DNA from: Clostridia bacterium
Lineage (GTDB): Bacteria; Bacillota; Clostridia; Acetivibrionales; JAFADI01
Direction: 5' to 3'
Length of the DNA: 64,000 nucleotides
NCBI GenBank assembly: GCA_026418695.1
Contig: JAOAAU010000148.1
Coordinates: 16,354-80,353, forward strand
Shown: piece after piece, positions 1 to 10,296 of the stretch
Layout of the letters: each line of letters begins with the position of its first letter
Position numbering within the stretch: position 1 is the stretch's first letter
Position numbers and translations under genes: made by a program
Notes under the pieces: generated by a model
The model's input: only the letters and a program-made list of their open reading frames with translations
The model's database searches: none
What the model was told of the DNA's origin: nothing

Positions 1-660
<660 letters not shown>

Positions 661-717
661 TTAGGAGATAATCCTTCCTGCTCCTCATTGATCAGCCGTT
701 CATACGGCTCATTCCGT

Positions 718-757
718 AATAAAGGGAACATATAATACGGAATTATATGTTCCCCCA
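718..757 (-). terminator. Intrinsic terminator or attenuator downstream of tsf
   Basis: 13-bp stem GGGAACATATAAT / ATTATATGTTCCC (724-736 and 742-754), followed on the minus strand by TTTATTAC. Confidence 0.6.
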
Positions 758-767
758 CCATCAATAC

Positions 768-1415
768 TTAGCCACCGATTTGCTTCATTACTTCTTCAGC
801 AAAATTCTCTTCTTTCTTTGTAAGGCCTTCGCCCTTTTCAAATCTTACAAATCTTCTGATTGTAATATTCTCACCAATTGTAGAAATCTTCTCTGTGAGC
901 AGCTGTTGGATTGTTCTGTCTGGATCTTTGATAAACGGCTGTTCGAGGAGACAAACTTCCTTGTAGTATTTTTCAATTCTACCTTCCACCATTTTATCGA
1001 CAATCTTTTCCGGCTTGCCTTCATTTAATGCCTGAGCTCTTAAGATTTCCTTTTCCTTTTCGATAACATCGGCAGGAACTTCTTCTCTTCTTATGTATTC
1101 AGGCTTAGCGGCTGCAATCTGCATTGCAACGTCTTTGACAAAGCTCTTGAAATCTTCATTCTTTGCTGCAAAGTCCGTTTCAATATTCACTTCCAAAAGA
1201 ACACCAATTCTTCCATCTCCATGGATGTAAGCATCAACGATACCTTCTGCCGCAATTCTTCCTGCTTTTTTAGCTGCAGCTGCCAATCCTTTTTCTCTAA
1301 GGAATTCAATTGCTTTTTCCATATCCCCGTTGGTTTCATTCAGGGCCTTTTTACAATCCATCATTCCTGCCCCGGTTCTTTCACGGAGCTGTTTTACCAT
1401 ATCTGCAGTAATCAT
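768..1415 (-). CDS. tsf: Translation elongation factor Ts
   Basis: 215 aa. The N-terminus [25 protein letters not shown] is the classic EF-Ts UBA-like start. Located downstream of rpsB. Confidence 0.97.
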   Translation of the reverse strand: MITADMVKQLRERTGAGMMDCKKALNETNGDMEKAIEFLREKGLAAAAKKAGRIAAEGIVDAYIHGDGRIGVLLEVNIETDFAAKNEDFKSFVKDVAMQIAAAKPEYIRREEVPADVIEKEKEILRAQALNEGKPEKIVDKMVEGRIEKYYKEVCLLEQPFIKDPDRTIQQLLTEKISTIGENITIRRFVRFEKGEGLTKKEENFAEEVMKQIGG

Positions 1416-1528
1416 AATGACTCCTCCAAACTAGAATTATTCATATTATTCGCTGGTTTAATCCCTTTATACTCAAACAAGTGAATTAATTTGCAACTTG
1501 TACCAAAGGTTACCAAAATAATTTCTTA

Positions 1529-1573
1529 TAAAAAATCCGGTCTTGGGTCTTTTTTTAGACTTGTAAGACCGGA
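1529..1573 (-). terminator. Hairpin plus U-tract between rpsB and tsf (attenuator-type terminator)
   Basis: Stem TCCGGTCTT / AAGACCGGA (1536-1544 and 1565-1573), followed on the minus strand by TTTTTTAT. Confidence 0.5.
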
Positions 1574-1595
1574 CTCTATACTGTTTTATAATTTA

Positions 1596-2342
1596 TTACG
1601 CTTCTACTGCTTCAACTTCATCTGCGTCCTTAGCAGCGCCTGCATTATCAGCCAACTGTTCGCCCTGGCGCGCTTCGATGATCGCATCTGCCAATTTTCC
1701 GGCAATAAGCTTAACTGCTCTGATCGCATCGTCATTACCCGGGATAACGTAATCCACTTCATCGGGATCGCAGTTTGTATCAACGATCGCAACAACAGGG
1801 ATTCCGAGAATCCTAGCTTCCATGATTGCGTTTCTTTCTTTTCTTGGGTCAACGATGAACAATGCACCTGGAAGTCTCTTCATATCCTTGATACCGCCAA
1901 GGTACTTTTCGAGCTTTTCCATTTCGCCTTTGAGCTTGATAACTTCTTTCTTTGGCAATACTTCAAAAACTCCGTCCTTTTCCATATCTGTCAACTGTTT
2001 TAATCTGTTGATTCTCTTCTGGATGGTTTTGAAGTTTGTGAGCATTCCACCGAGCCATCTTGCATTTACAAAGAACTGACCGCTTCTTTCAGCTTCTTCC
2101 TTGATGGAATCCTGAGCCTGTTTCTTTGTTCCAACGAAGAGCACGTCTTCTCCGTTCGCTGCAATTTCTCTGATGAAGTAATAAGCCTCTTCTACTTTTT
2201 TCACAGTTTTCTGAAGGTCAATGATATAGATACCATTTCTCTCTGTGAAAATGTATTCGGCCATTTTTGGGTTCCATCTTCTGGTCTGATGACCGAAGTG
2301 AACACCTGCTTCGAGTAACTGTTTCATTGAAATAACTGACAT
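1596..2342 (-). CDS. rpsB: 30S ribosomal protein S2
   Basis: 248 aa, [27 protein letters not shown]. Confidence 0.97.
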   Translation of the reverse strand: MSVISMKQLLEAGVHFGHQTRRWNPKMAEYIFTERNGIYIIDLQKTVKKVEEAYYFIREIAANGEDVLFVGTKKQAQDSIKEEAERSGQFFVNARWLGGMLTNFKTIQKRINRLKQLTDMEKDGVFEVLPKKEVIKLKGEMEKLEKYLGGIKDMKRLPGALFIVDPRKERNAIMEARILGIPVVAIVDTNCDPDEVDYVIPGNDDAIRAVKLIAGKLADAIIEARQGEQLADNAGAAKDADEVEAVEA

Positions 2343-2451
2343 TCGACTTACCTCCTGATTCGTTTAATACGTCCGATGCTTTCATCTTCAAGGAACAACC
2401 CGAAGGCAACCCTCCATGAATCATGCACCGTGTATATTTTTTCCGTGGAGT

Positions 2452-2480
2452 AGTATACCACAGGATCATTTTTTTTTCAA
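2452..2480 (-). promoter_or_regulatory. Sigma-A type promoter for rpsB-tsf
   Basis: On the minus strand: TTGAAA (2480-2475), a 17-nt spacer, then TGgTATACT (-10 at 2457-2452). This leaves a leader of about 100 nt. Confidence 0.55.
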
Positions 2481-2565
2481 GGTTTTTATACAAGGTTTTT
2501 AAGATATCCGAAAATACCGATTGAATGATTTCCTGTTTTTGCTCACTCGATCTTTTAACACCTTA

Positions 2566-2594
2566 TTGACGCCAGCTATCTGCTGGTTTAAACT
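2566..2594 (+). promoter_or_regulatory. Candidate promoter for the ytvI-like gene
   Basis: TTGACG (2566-2571), 17-nt spacer, TAAACT (2589-2594). Confidence 0.35.
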
Positions 2595-2659
2595 AATAAC
2601 AACAGGCATTTTGAAAGACCGTACTATTTTACATTAATTCATATAATAAGGATAGGGAT

Positions 2660-3760
2660 ATGTTCGAAAAATCTAATATCAACTTTAAAAAGATCTTAAT
2701 GCTATTATTAACCGTTTTAGGTGTAATTGCCGGGCTCTTTGTGGCTTTCAAGCTAAGCATCTTCCTTGCTCCCTTTGTCATTGCATTAATCGTTTCCTCA
2801 TTGATGGAGCCAATTATCAACTTTTTAACAACCAAACTGCGTATCCCGAGAAGGCTGGCTGCAGCAGTGACACTGCTTGTTTTCCTTGGGGCTTTCGGCT
2901 CTGTCATTTTCTTGTTAGTATCCAGGCTTATTACTGAAATTAAGGACATCTATGTGATGTTTCCAAAGTACTTCACTCAGGTTTATGATGAAGTCATGGT
3001 GCTGATCAATAGGGCATTGGACATATATCACGGCCTGCCGAAGGATGTTACATATAATATTGAAAGTTTTACCGCAGAGCTTCCGAGTAAGTTCAATATG
3101 GAAGGCATCACCGAGAATGTGTCGAAATCAGTCATGGGAATACTCAAGGGGATCTCCAACATTCCTCAGGTATTAATTTTTATCCTTGTTACCATCCTTT
3201 CCACTTATTTTCTTGCCAGTGACCGGGAACTGGTATACGGGTCGATCAAGTCTCAGCTTCCCGATTCTTGGGTGGGTAAACTTACAAGTATCAAGAACGA
3301 CATGTTCTACGCCTTTTTCGGATATATCAAGGCTCAATTGATTCTGATGACCATTACCTTTACTGAACTGCTGATCGGTTTTTCTATCATTGGAATCAAC
3401 TATACCATCCTGCTTGCCTTCCTGATCAGTATTATTGACGCACTTCCCATTTTGGGTACCGGCAGCGTACTTATTCCCTGGGCTTTGTACAACTTTATTA
3501 CAGGAGATATACAAATGGGTCTATCTCTGGTGATTCTTTACGGTATTGTGCTGGTTGTCCGTCAGATGATCGAGCCCAAAGTCCTTGGACAGCAGATCGG
3601 AATCCATCCGCTGTTGACGCTTCTGGCCATGTATACGGGACTTAACTTGCTCGGTGTTTTGGGATTGATTTTAGGGCCAATCACCCTCCTGCTTTTGAAG
3701 AATGTCTTTTTGGGGATTCTCAAAGGAAGATCACTAAAGGAATTGATCATGAAATCCTAA
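2660..3760 (+). CDS. ytvI: AI-2E family transporter / sporulation integral membrane protein YtvI-like
   Basis: 366 aa polytopic membrane protein. The C-terminal block EPKVLGQQIGIHPLLTLLAMYTGL is typical of the AI-2E/PerM family. SD AAGGATAGGG lies before the ATG. Confidence 0.8.
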   Translation: MFEKSNINFKKILMLLLTVLGVIAGLFVAFKLSIFLAPFVIALIVSSLMEPIINFLTTKLRIPRRLAAAVTLLVFLGAFGSVIFLLVSRLITEIKDIYVMFPKYFTQVYDEVMVLINRALDIYHGLPKDVTYNIESFTAELPSKFNMEGITENVSKSVMGILKGISNIPQVLIFILVTILSTYFLASDRELVYGSIKSQLPDSWVGKLTSIKNDMFYAFFGYIKAQLILMTITFTELLIGFSIIGINYTILLAFLISIIDALPILGTGSVLIPWALYNFITGDIQMGLSLVILYGIVLVVRQMIEPKVLGQQIGIHPLLTLLAMYTGLNLLGVLGLILGPITLLLLKNVFLGILKGRSLKELIMKS

Positions 3761-3794
3761 AAACGTAGGATTATTTTCGAAAATCATCACAGAA

Positions 3795-3825
3795 AAAAGC
3801 TGTCGGTTGAACCAACAGCTTTTTA
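3795..3825 (+). terminator. Intrinsic terminator after the ytvI-like gene
   Basis: AAAAGCTGTCGGTT-GA-ACCAACAGCTTTT followed by TTTT. Confidence 0.6.
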
Positions 3826-3955
3826 AATTTTCATCCTGTCACAATCTAAAATTACACATGGTTTCTTAGGCCTAACTCAATGGCTATGCAGTAAAATATC
3901 CGTTTGTAAGTGTTTTAACCTTTAAATGTTCAAGCTTCTAATATATGCAGTCAAC

Positions 3956-4159
3956 CTAACAATGTCTCTGAATTTCATCCAGGTTCACATCGTTTTGTAT
4001 ATGAAAATAATCTTCATCAATTTTTAGATTGCACAAGTAATTGATAAACATTTGATCCAGCAAACTGGATTCACTGATTACTTTTCTTCTCATCAGTTCC
4101 ATCACATAATTTTTTGTCTTAGCAGGCAATATCGTACTGACCATGGAAATCCCTCGCAA
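3956..4159 (-). CDS. Small hypothetical protein (67 aa)
   Basis: ATG preceded by GAGGGA with a 5-nt spacer. Lies downstream of the sigK terminator. No family recognised with confidence. Confidence 0.4.
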   Translation of the reverse strand: MRGISMVSTILPAKTKNYVMELMRRKVISESSLLDQMFINYLCNLKIDEDYFHIQNDVNLDEIQRHC

Positions 4160-4254
4160 TACTAAGTGAAAATAGTGCTTTACCTATATAATATACGTAG
4201 CATATCAAAAAAGTATTGAATTAATTTTACTGCACTGTAAATTTTTTGTGAACA

Positions 4255-4279
4255 AAAGCTGCCGGCTACCGGCAGCTTT
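4255..4279 (-). terminator. Hairpin overlapping the sigK stop codon (probable terminator)
   Basis: 11-bp stem AAAGCTGCCGG / CCGGCAGCTTT. The sigK TAG stop (4268-4266) is the 3-nt loop. Followed on the minus strand by TGTTCAC, so the U-tract is weak. Confidence 0.45.
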
Positions 4280-4982
4280 CTGGTTTTAGTTCTCTGCTTA
4301 ATTTTTTTATGGCCTTTTTCTCTATTCTCGATACATAAGACCTTGAGATTCCAAGCATTTTCGCTATCTCCCGCTGTGTCTTGCTTGTTCCGTTGAGCAG
4401 TCCGTAGCGAAGCTCCAATACCATCTTTTCACGCTTTTTCAGAACAGCCTTCATTTTACTGTACAGCCTCTTGACCTGCATCTTCAGCTCGACTTCATCC
4501 ACAACAGACTCCGACTCGTTCCCGATTACATCGATATACGTGACCTCGTTCCCTTCCCGGTCCACTCCGATAGGATCCTGCAGCGATACTTCGTTTTGAA
4601 TTTTCTTGCTGGATCTGATCTGCATCAGTATTTCATTTTCAATACACCGTGCTGCATATGTTGCAAGTCGGGTTCCTTTTTCCTGATCAAAGGTAGAGAT
4701 GGCTTTTATCAGGCCGATCGTCCCTATGGAAATCAGGTCATCACAGTCATTTCCTGTTGAATTATACTTTTTTACGATGTGAGCAACCAGCCGCAAATTA
4801 CGTTCAATCAGCACATTTCTGGCTTCTTCACTTCCGTGCTTATATGCCTCTACGTACTTTTGCTCTTCGTCTGGTGCAAGCGGCTGTGGAAAAGAATTGG
4901 CATTGGATACATAGCCGATAAGAAAAAAGATGTTTCTAAGTGCTTCAAATACTGCTGAAAATATTGCAAACAAGAATGGCAC
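4266..4982 (-). CDS. sigK: Sporulation sigma factor sigma-K with N-terminal pro-sequence; uninterrupted
   Basis: YVSNANSFPQPLAPDEEQKY, ERNLRLVAHIVKKY and DLISIGTIGLIKA match pro-sigma-K rather than sigma-E. The start is uncertain: GTG 4982, or TTG 4973, which has better spacing from AGGGGG. Confidence 0.9.
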   Translation of the reverse strand: MPFLFAIFSAVFEALRNIFFLIGYVSNANSFPQPLAPDEEQKYVEAYKHGSEEARNVLIERNLRLVAHIVKKYNSTGNDCDDLISIGTIGLIKAISTFDQEKGTRLATYAARCIENEILMQIRSSKKIQNEVSLQDPIGVDREGNEVTYIDVIGNESESVVDEVELKMQVKRLYSKMKAVLKKREKMVLELRYGLLNGTSKTQREIAKMLGISRSYVSRIEKKAIKKLSRELKPESCR

Positions 4983-5069
4983 CCCCTAAAAACAGGCTAC
5001 CTTTTAATTATATGAAGGACCTGTGAAGAGTGTGCCAGTACTTTTTTTAAATGTTTCAAAATTTAAATC

Positions 5070-6092
5070 TTATACTACAAGAATGTCACTGATCGCAATA
5101 TCCTTCCTCTCACCAAGCTGGAGTACCTCATTTCTGTCTTCAAGCTTAATCAGCGGCTTTGAAATCTTATCCCTATCCGTAAATATGACTTTTCCGACTT
5201 CTCCATTGGATAGTTCGACCGTACATCCCAAGAGACAATTCAGCATATTATCAATAAACGTTAAAACGATCTCCGTATCCAAACTGTCAATATTCTTCTT
5301 TAAGTGTTCCAGAACCCTGAAAGGATTCACTTTATCCTTGTAGACCCGTTTTGATGTCAGTGCATGATAGACATCCGCTACTGCAACGATTTTCGCGTAG
5401 GAGTGTATTTGATCTCCCTTCAGTCCATAGGGATAGCCGGTACCGTCAATCCTCTCATGATGCTGAAGTATCGCGCATTCCAGATCGCTTCCGTAAGTCC
5501 CGTCTTTCTCAAGGATTTTTTTGCCGAAGAATACATGCTTTTTCATGATTTCAAATTCTCCAGGAGTCAGTTTTCCCGGTTTTCTCAGGATTGGACGTGG
5601 GATCCTGCTTTTTCCGATATCATGAAGGGTCCCTGCCATTGCAATTCTTACAAGTTCGTCATTATCCGTACATCCCATCCATTTAGCCAGCGATAAGGAA
5701 ATCACGCCAATATTGATGGTATGCTGGAAGGTATACTCATCCTGGGATTGAAGTTCCAACAGAAGCCTTGATACGTTTCTCTCACGTTTTACTTCTCTTA
5801 AGATAGGAGATATGGCCGTTTTCACTTCTTCGGGAGTAATATTTTTTCCGTCTTCAGCCTTTTTCATGATGATTTTGCTGTCCTCAACGGCATTGATGTA
5901 AACATTCCTGATATCGATGGTTACAATTCTTTTTCCCATCCGCTGCAGAGCCTCAATGTGCCTGTCACTCAAGATAGTTCCATTTCTGATCACCAAGGCG
6001 CCATTTGTCAGGTAAATATCATTGGCAATGATATCTCCCGGAATCAGGTTGTCGACGTCTACTTTCTTCGTATATAATTCATTGATTGGCAC
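5070..6092 (-). CDS. HD-GYP domain protein (putative c-di-GMP phosphodiesterase), paralog 1
   Basis: Motifs HDIGKSRIP and HHERIDGTGYP. I place the start at GTG 6092 (AGGGAGG, 5 nt, GTG) rather than the longest ORF start at 6170. Confidence 0.85.
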   Translation of the reverse strand: MPINELYTKKVDVDNLIPGDIIANDIYLTNGALVIRNGTILSDRHIEALQRMGKRIVTIDIRNVYINAVEDSKIIMKKAEDGKNITPEEVKTAISPILREVKRERNVSRLLLELQSQDEYTFQHTINIGVISLSLAKWMGCTDNDELVRIAMAGTLHDIGKSRIPRPILRKPGKLTPGEFEIMKKHVFFGKKILEKDGTYGSDLECAILQHHERIDGTGYPYGLKGDQIHSYAKIVAVADVYHALTSKRVYKDKVNPFRVLEHLKKNIDSLDTEIVLTFIDNMLNCLLGCTVELSNGEVGKVIFTDRDKISKPLIKLEDRNEVLQLGERKDIAISDILVV

Positions 6093-6231
6093 TTTATCCT
6101 CCCTTTTCCCTTCATGCTTATAAGCAAAGGAATGGCTTTTACACCAACAAAATGTATGAGATTCTGCCATAATAGAATAAAAACGACAAAATTTTCAAAT
6201 CCCTCTCAAATGAATTATACAACATTTTCCT

Positions 6232-6279
6232 CAAAAACAAAACACCTAACCATCGACATGAGTCGATAATCTGGTGTTT
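6232..6279 (-). terminator. Intrinsic terminator downstream of the PBP gene
   Basis: Compound hairpin AAACACC..ATCGAC-ATGA-GTCGAT..GGTGTTT, followed on the minus strand by TTTTGTTTTTG. Confidence 0.55.
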
Positions 6280-6360
6280 CGATGTCAGCACAGTCTATAT
6301 GGAAGCTTAGTTTTGCAAATCCATGAGTAATAAAAATATATCCTAAAGTATAACCTGGCC

Positions 6361-8016
6361 TCAGTATCCTTTTTTGATCATTTCCACTGCGACCTCGGCA
6401 AAAATTGGAGCCGCTGTCTGACCGCCGTTCTTTCCGTCCTCTACAAACACTGCAACGGAGTAACGAGGTGATTTCCTGGGAAAATACCCTGCGAACCATG
6501 CATGAACAACTTTTTCTCCATGGTTGAACTGCCCTGTCTCTGCACTTCCCGTCTTACCTCCGGCACCTCCGTAATCAGCCATCTCCGCTTTGGTACCTGT
6601 TCCGCTGTTTGTTACCATCTCCATCATTTGCATTAACTTATTGGAAGTCTTTTTTGTTATGATCCGTTTTCCTTCATTACGACGTACTTCTTTTGTAATG
6701 CTTCCGGCTGAGTCAATTATACAGTCAACGATATTTATTTTGTTTTTTATACCGCCGTTGGCAACCGTAGCGATAATATCTGCTACTTGCAGGGGAGTCG
6801 CCATAACATTTCCCTGACCGATAGAGATATTGGCAATATCCCCGTCCAATAACCTCTTTATATTCGCAGGTAGGTTCCCGGACGCTTCATCAACTCCCTG
6901 GTCCCGAATTCCCGTTGAACCTCCCAACCCAAATTCTTTGGCCATTCGAAGAACTTCCTCAGCGCCAAGTTCCAATCCCATACTGATAAAATAAGGATTA
7001 CAGGATTTTGAAAATGCATCTTCAAAATTAATCCATCCATGTCCCCCTTTTTCATACGCGGAGCATTTAAACTCCTTGTCTCCGATGGTGATAGACCCGG
7101 TACACTCATACCAGGAACGGTCGTTCCTTCCGTCTTCCAGCTTACAGGCTGCATCAATGATTTTAAAGATCGAACCCAGATTATAGGAAGCTACAGCCCT
7201 GTTAAACAACTCGTTGTTGTGGCTGTTTAAATACGGGAAAACATCATTGGGCTTGAAATCAGGTTTGCTCGCCATGGCCAATATATCCCCGCTGTAAATA
7301 TCTTCAACGATAACCGCTCCCTTGATATGGTTCCTGTCCATTACTTCTTCCACAATCTTTTGGATATGATAATCCATCGTCAATCGGATATTTTGCTTGC
7401 TTCCATTCTGAGTCTTATTAATCCTGTACCCCAGCCCCTGAATCAGGTTTTGTCTTGCATCTGTGAAAACACTGAAGAGGCTGTCCTCTTTGTACCGGAG
7501 TACTTCATTAAAAAACTTTTCTACCCCGGCCTCTCCTACCTGGTCTGCTTTATTCAAGTAACCCAAGATATGTCTCCCCACCGTATTGTCATCATACCTT
7601 TTCAGTGAATATACCACGGATACTCCCTCAATACCCTGTTCCAATATTTTTTGCACCTTTTCATAGTCTGCCTCAATAATGACAGGTTCCCTTTTCGCAT
7701 CCACTTCGCGCTTAATTTTTGCTGCGTCAACTTTGAGGATTCTGGATATTGTGTCAATTTTATCATCTTTTCCCCGGATAAAGAGCGGCTTTAGCACAAC
7801 CGAGGCTGTTTTGCTTCGATGGGTCAAGGGAATTCCGTTTCGGTCCAGGATGTCTCCCCTTGGCTTCTCCAATTCCGTACTCGCACTTCGCTGTGATGCA
7901 GCTGCTCTGGAGAGTTTTTCTCCGGAATAAAGCTGTAGATATGCAATTTTTACGATTAATAACCCGATCAGAGCAAAAAAAATCAAGCAGAGGATGATTG
8001 GCCTGTTTTTGTGCAT
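6361..8016 (-). CDS. Class B penicillin-binding protein (transpeptidase; SpoVD/PBP2-like)
   Basis: Motifs SxxK (GSIFK), SxN (KSCN) and KTG (GKTGSAE), with an N-terminal TM helix. Start moved to ATG 8016 (AAAGGGG, 6 nt, ATG). Confidence 0.85.
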   Translation of the reverse strand: MHKNRPIILCLIFFALIGLLIVKIAYLQLYSGEKLSRAAASQRSASTELEKPRGDILDRNGIPLTHRSKTASVVLKPLFIRGKDDKIDTISRILKVDAAKIKREVDAKREPVIIEADYEKVQKILEQGIEGVSVVYSLKRYDDNTVGRHILGYLNKADQVGEAGVEKFFNEVLRYKEDSLFSVFTDARQNLIQGLGYRINKTQNGSKQNIRLTMDYHIQKIVEEVMDRNHIKGAVIVEDIYSGDILAMASKPDFKPNDVFPYLNSHNNELFNRAVASYNLGSIFKIIDAACKLEDGRNDRSWYECTGSITIGDKEFKCSAYEKGGHGWINFEDAFSKSCNPYFISMGLELGAEEVLRMAKEFGLGGSTGIRDQGVDEASGNLPANIKRLLDGDIANISIGQGNVMATPLQVADIIATVANGGIKNKINIVDCIIDSAGSITKEVRRNEGKRIITKKTSNKLMQMMEMVTNSGTGTKAEMADYGGAGGKTGSAETGQFNHGEKVVHAWFAGYFPRKSPRYSVAVFVEDGKNGGQTAAPIFAEVAVEMIKKGY

Positions 8017-8283
8017 AAAAAACCCCTTTCCATGATAGAATTCTTTCATTGAAAAGGGGTTTTTATACAATCAATCGCTTATTTAACTCAAGGAAGTGTT
8101 AAATAATTTATAAACGTGCAAAGAGTAACTGCTTTTAAAAATCTTCAATAGTGTCCTGTAATAGTATTCCCTTTAAGCAGCAGGATACATCCATCCATGA
8201 GGTGGTTTTTTTACATTAAGAAAATATTCAACAGGTTATGCGAAAAAACACTTGTATCAAAAAGCTGCTGTAAGAGAGATATT

Positions 8284-9510
8284 TTATGATCCTTTGCGGC
8301 GGAGCATCGTATATGCTTCCACTTCCTGATCCATGGGCATTGTCACAATCATCTGGGGATGCGGCGCTACTTCGATGTTTTCACCATCGACATTCCTCAT
8401 ATCCCGGATCACTTGTTTGAAAAACTGTCCGTTTGGCCGTACTACCTCGATTTCCTCTCCGACAAACATCCTATTCCTTTGTTCAACCGTTGCAACCTTT
8501 GTTTGTTGATCGTAAGCTGTCACCAGTCCGATAAAATCATAATCCCGGATATAAGAGCTGGTATGATAGATTTGGCCGCTTCCCGCAGGCTTCTCAAAGT
8601 AGAATCCGGTTGTAAACTCCCTGTGGCTAGCCTTGCATACTTCCTCATACCATTCAGGGTTAAACCTGTAAGCTTCCGGGTTTTCGTAATAGGCATCCAA
8701 TGCCTGTCTGTATGCTTTAACAACCGTAGCCACATAGTATGAGCTTTTCATGCGCCCTTCGATCTTTAAGCTGGTTACACCGGAATCAATAATTTCCGGA
8801 ATATGTTCAATCATGCAGAGATCCTTTGAATTATAGATAAAAGTTCCTCTTTCATTTTCATAGACCGGCATGTACTCCCCAGGTCTTTTCTCCTCAACCA
8901 GATGATATTTCCATCGGCATGGATGGGCACATTGTCCCCTGTTTGAGTCTCTTCCTGCCATATAATTGCTTAACAGGCATCTGCCGGAGTAGGAAATACA
9001 CATCGCCCCGTGAACAAATATCTCCAATTCCAGTTCCGCCGGAGTCTTTTCTCTGATTTCACCGATTTCTTTCAAGGAAAGTTCCCTCGCAAGAATAATC
9101 CTGCGAACCCCCTGGTCGTACCAGAACTTTGCACTTCTCCAGTTGGTATTATTGGCCTGGGTGCTTAAGTGAATCTCCATTTCAGGAGCTGCCTCCCGTA
9201 CGATGGAATAAATGCCCGGATCGGATACAATCACGGCATCCACACCAAGCCCGGAAATTGTTTTTACATACTGGGGCATCTGTTCCAAATCTTCATTATG
9301 AGGAATGATATTCATTGTAATATATACTTTTTTTCTTCTTGCGTGAGCAAAGTCGATTCCTTCTTTCATTTCCTCCATACTGAAGTTTTCAGCGTAGGCT
9401 CTCAGACCATATTCTTCCCCACCCATATATACAGCATCGGCTCCGTAAATTACAGCCATTTTCAATTTTTCAAGACTACCTGCAGGTGCAAGCAATTCAA
9501 CCTTCTTCAT
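8284..9510 (-). CDS. Peptidase U32 family protein (YrrO/TrhP-like)
   Basis: 408 aa. MKKVELLAPAGS start and the U32 signature EIFVHGAMCISYSGRCLLS. Confidence 0.9.
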   Translation of the reverse strand: MKKVELLAPAGSLEKLKMAVIYGADAVYMGGEEYGLRAYAENFSMEEMKEGIDFAHARRKKVYITMNIIPHNEDLEQMPQYVKTISGLGVDAVIVSDPGIYSIVREAAPEMEIHLSTQANNTNWRSAKFWYDQGVRRIILARELSLKEIGEIREKTPAELELEIFVHGAMCISYSGRCLLSNYMAGRDSNRGQCAHPCRWKYHLVEEKRPGEYMPVYENERGTFIYNSKDLCMIEHIPEIIDSGVTSLKIEGRMKSSYYVATVVKAYRQALDAYYENPEAYRFNPEWYEEVCKASHREFTTGFYFEKPAGSGQIYHTSSYIRDYDFIGLVTAYDQQTKVATVEQRNRMFVGEEIEVVRPNGQFFKQVIRDMRNVDGENIEVAPHPQMIVTMPMDQEVEAYTMLRRKGS

Positions 9511-9543
9511 AAAATTCCTCCGGAATTCCAGGCTATTGATGTT

Positions 9544-10182
9544 TTATTTCCTATAGCTCAGTGCCACACCATCCCCTATAGGAATGATGCTGGTCTCAAG
9601 CTGCTCATGATTACAGATGCTGTCCAGATAATCCCGCATCCTTCTTACAATGGTTTTTTTTCTTCGGACTACCAGTTCATCGGTTGCGACCATCCCTTTA
9701 TACAGGACGTTGTCTGATATCAGTAATCCTCCCTGGTTGAGCATTCGAAGACACTCAGGCAGGAATTCACTGTATTGCCCCTTGGCGGCATCCAGGAAAA
9801 TCAGATCGTACTTTTTATCAAGACACCGCAGAACTTCAAAAGCATCTCCCGCGATAATGTTTATAGTATCTTCCAAACCGGCTCTTTTTATATTTGCCTT
9901 TGCCCTCTCCACCATCAGTTCGTATCTTTCAATGGTGTCTATCCTGCCTCCCGGCTGAAGAAAGCCTGCCATGAGGATGGTAGAATAACCGATGGCGGTT
10001 CCTACTTCAAGAATTCTTCCGGGTTTTTTCATGTTTCCCAGAACAGTTAACAACCTTCCTACTTCGGGGTGAATAATGGGAACATGGTTTTCCAAAGCAA
10101 ATTGTTCCAATTCTATGAGAAGTCCGTCATTTTTCCTAATCGTCTTTCTGACATATTCATTGATATAATCATAGCAAATCAT
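9544..10182 (-). CDS. SAM-dependent O-methyltransferase, class I family 3 (YrrM/TrmR-like)
   Basis: ILEVGTAIGYSTI SAM-binding loop and DLIFLDAAK. Start placed at internal ATG 10182 (MICYDYINEY). Confidence 0.8.
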   Translation of the reverse strand: MICYDYINEYVRKTIRKNDGLLIELEQFALENHVPIIHPEVGRLLTVLGNMKKPGRILEVGTAIGYSTILMAGFLQPGGRIDTIERYELMVERAKANIKRAGLEDTINIIAGDAFEVLRCLDKKYDLIFLDAAKGQYSEFLPECLRMLNQGGLLISDNVLYKGMVATDELVVRRKKTIVRRMRDYLDSICNHEQLETSIIPIGDGVALSYRK

Positions 10183-10296
10183 ACGAGGATATCTCCGTTT
10201 ATAAAAATTGTGAGGCCTGCGCCCCGACAAAGTATAAGGACACACCTCTGCTTTAGTTTACTAACCTTGCGAGATATGTCCCCAGATTTCATAACT

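Noticed and set aside
3956-4159. Spo0E-like phosphatase call for the 67-aa ORF downstream of sigK. SLLDQMFINY resembles the SQELDxLINEY signature.
   Set aside because: The conserved SQ is absent, and the helix-turn-helix spacing before the motif is too short. The resemblance is too weak without a profile search, so it stays a hypothetical protein.
4266-4982. Checked sigK for a skin-like intervening element or truncation.
   Set aside because: The gene is continuous from the pro-sequence through region 4 (238 codons), and no recombinase or insertion is nearby.
9654-9661. A8 homopolymer within the O-methyltransferase coding sequence, as a possible slipped-strand phase-variation tract.
   Set aside because: It simply encodes RKK in an AT-rich genome. 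The reading frame is intact, and there is no evidence of variation from a single sequence.
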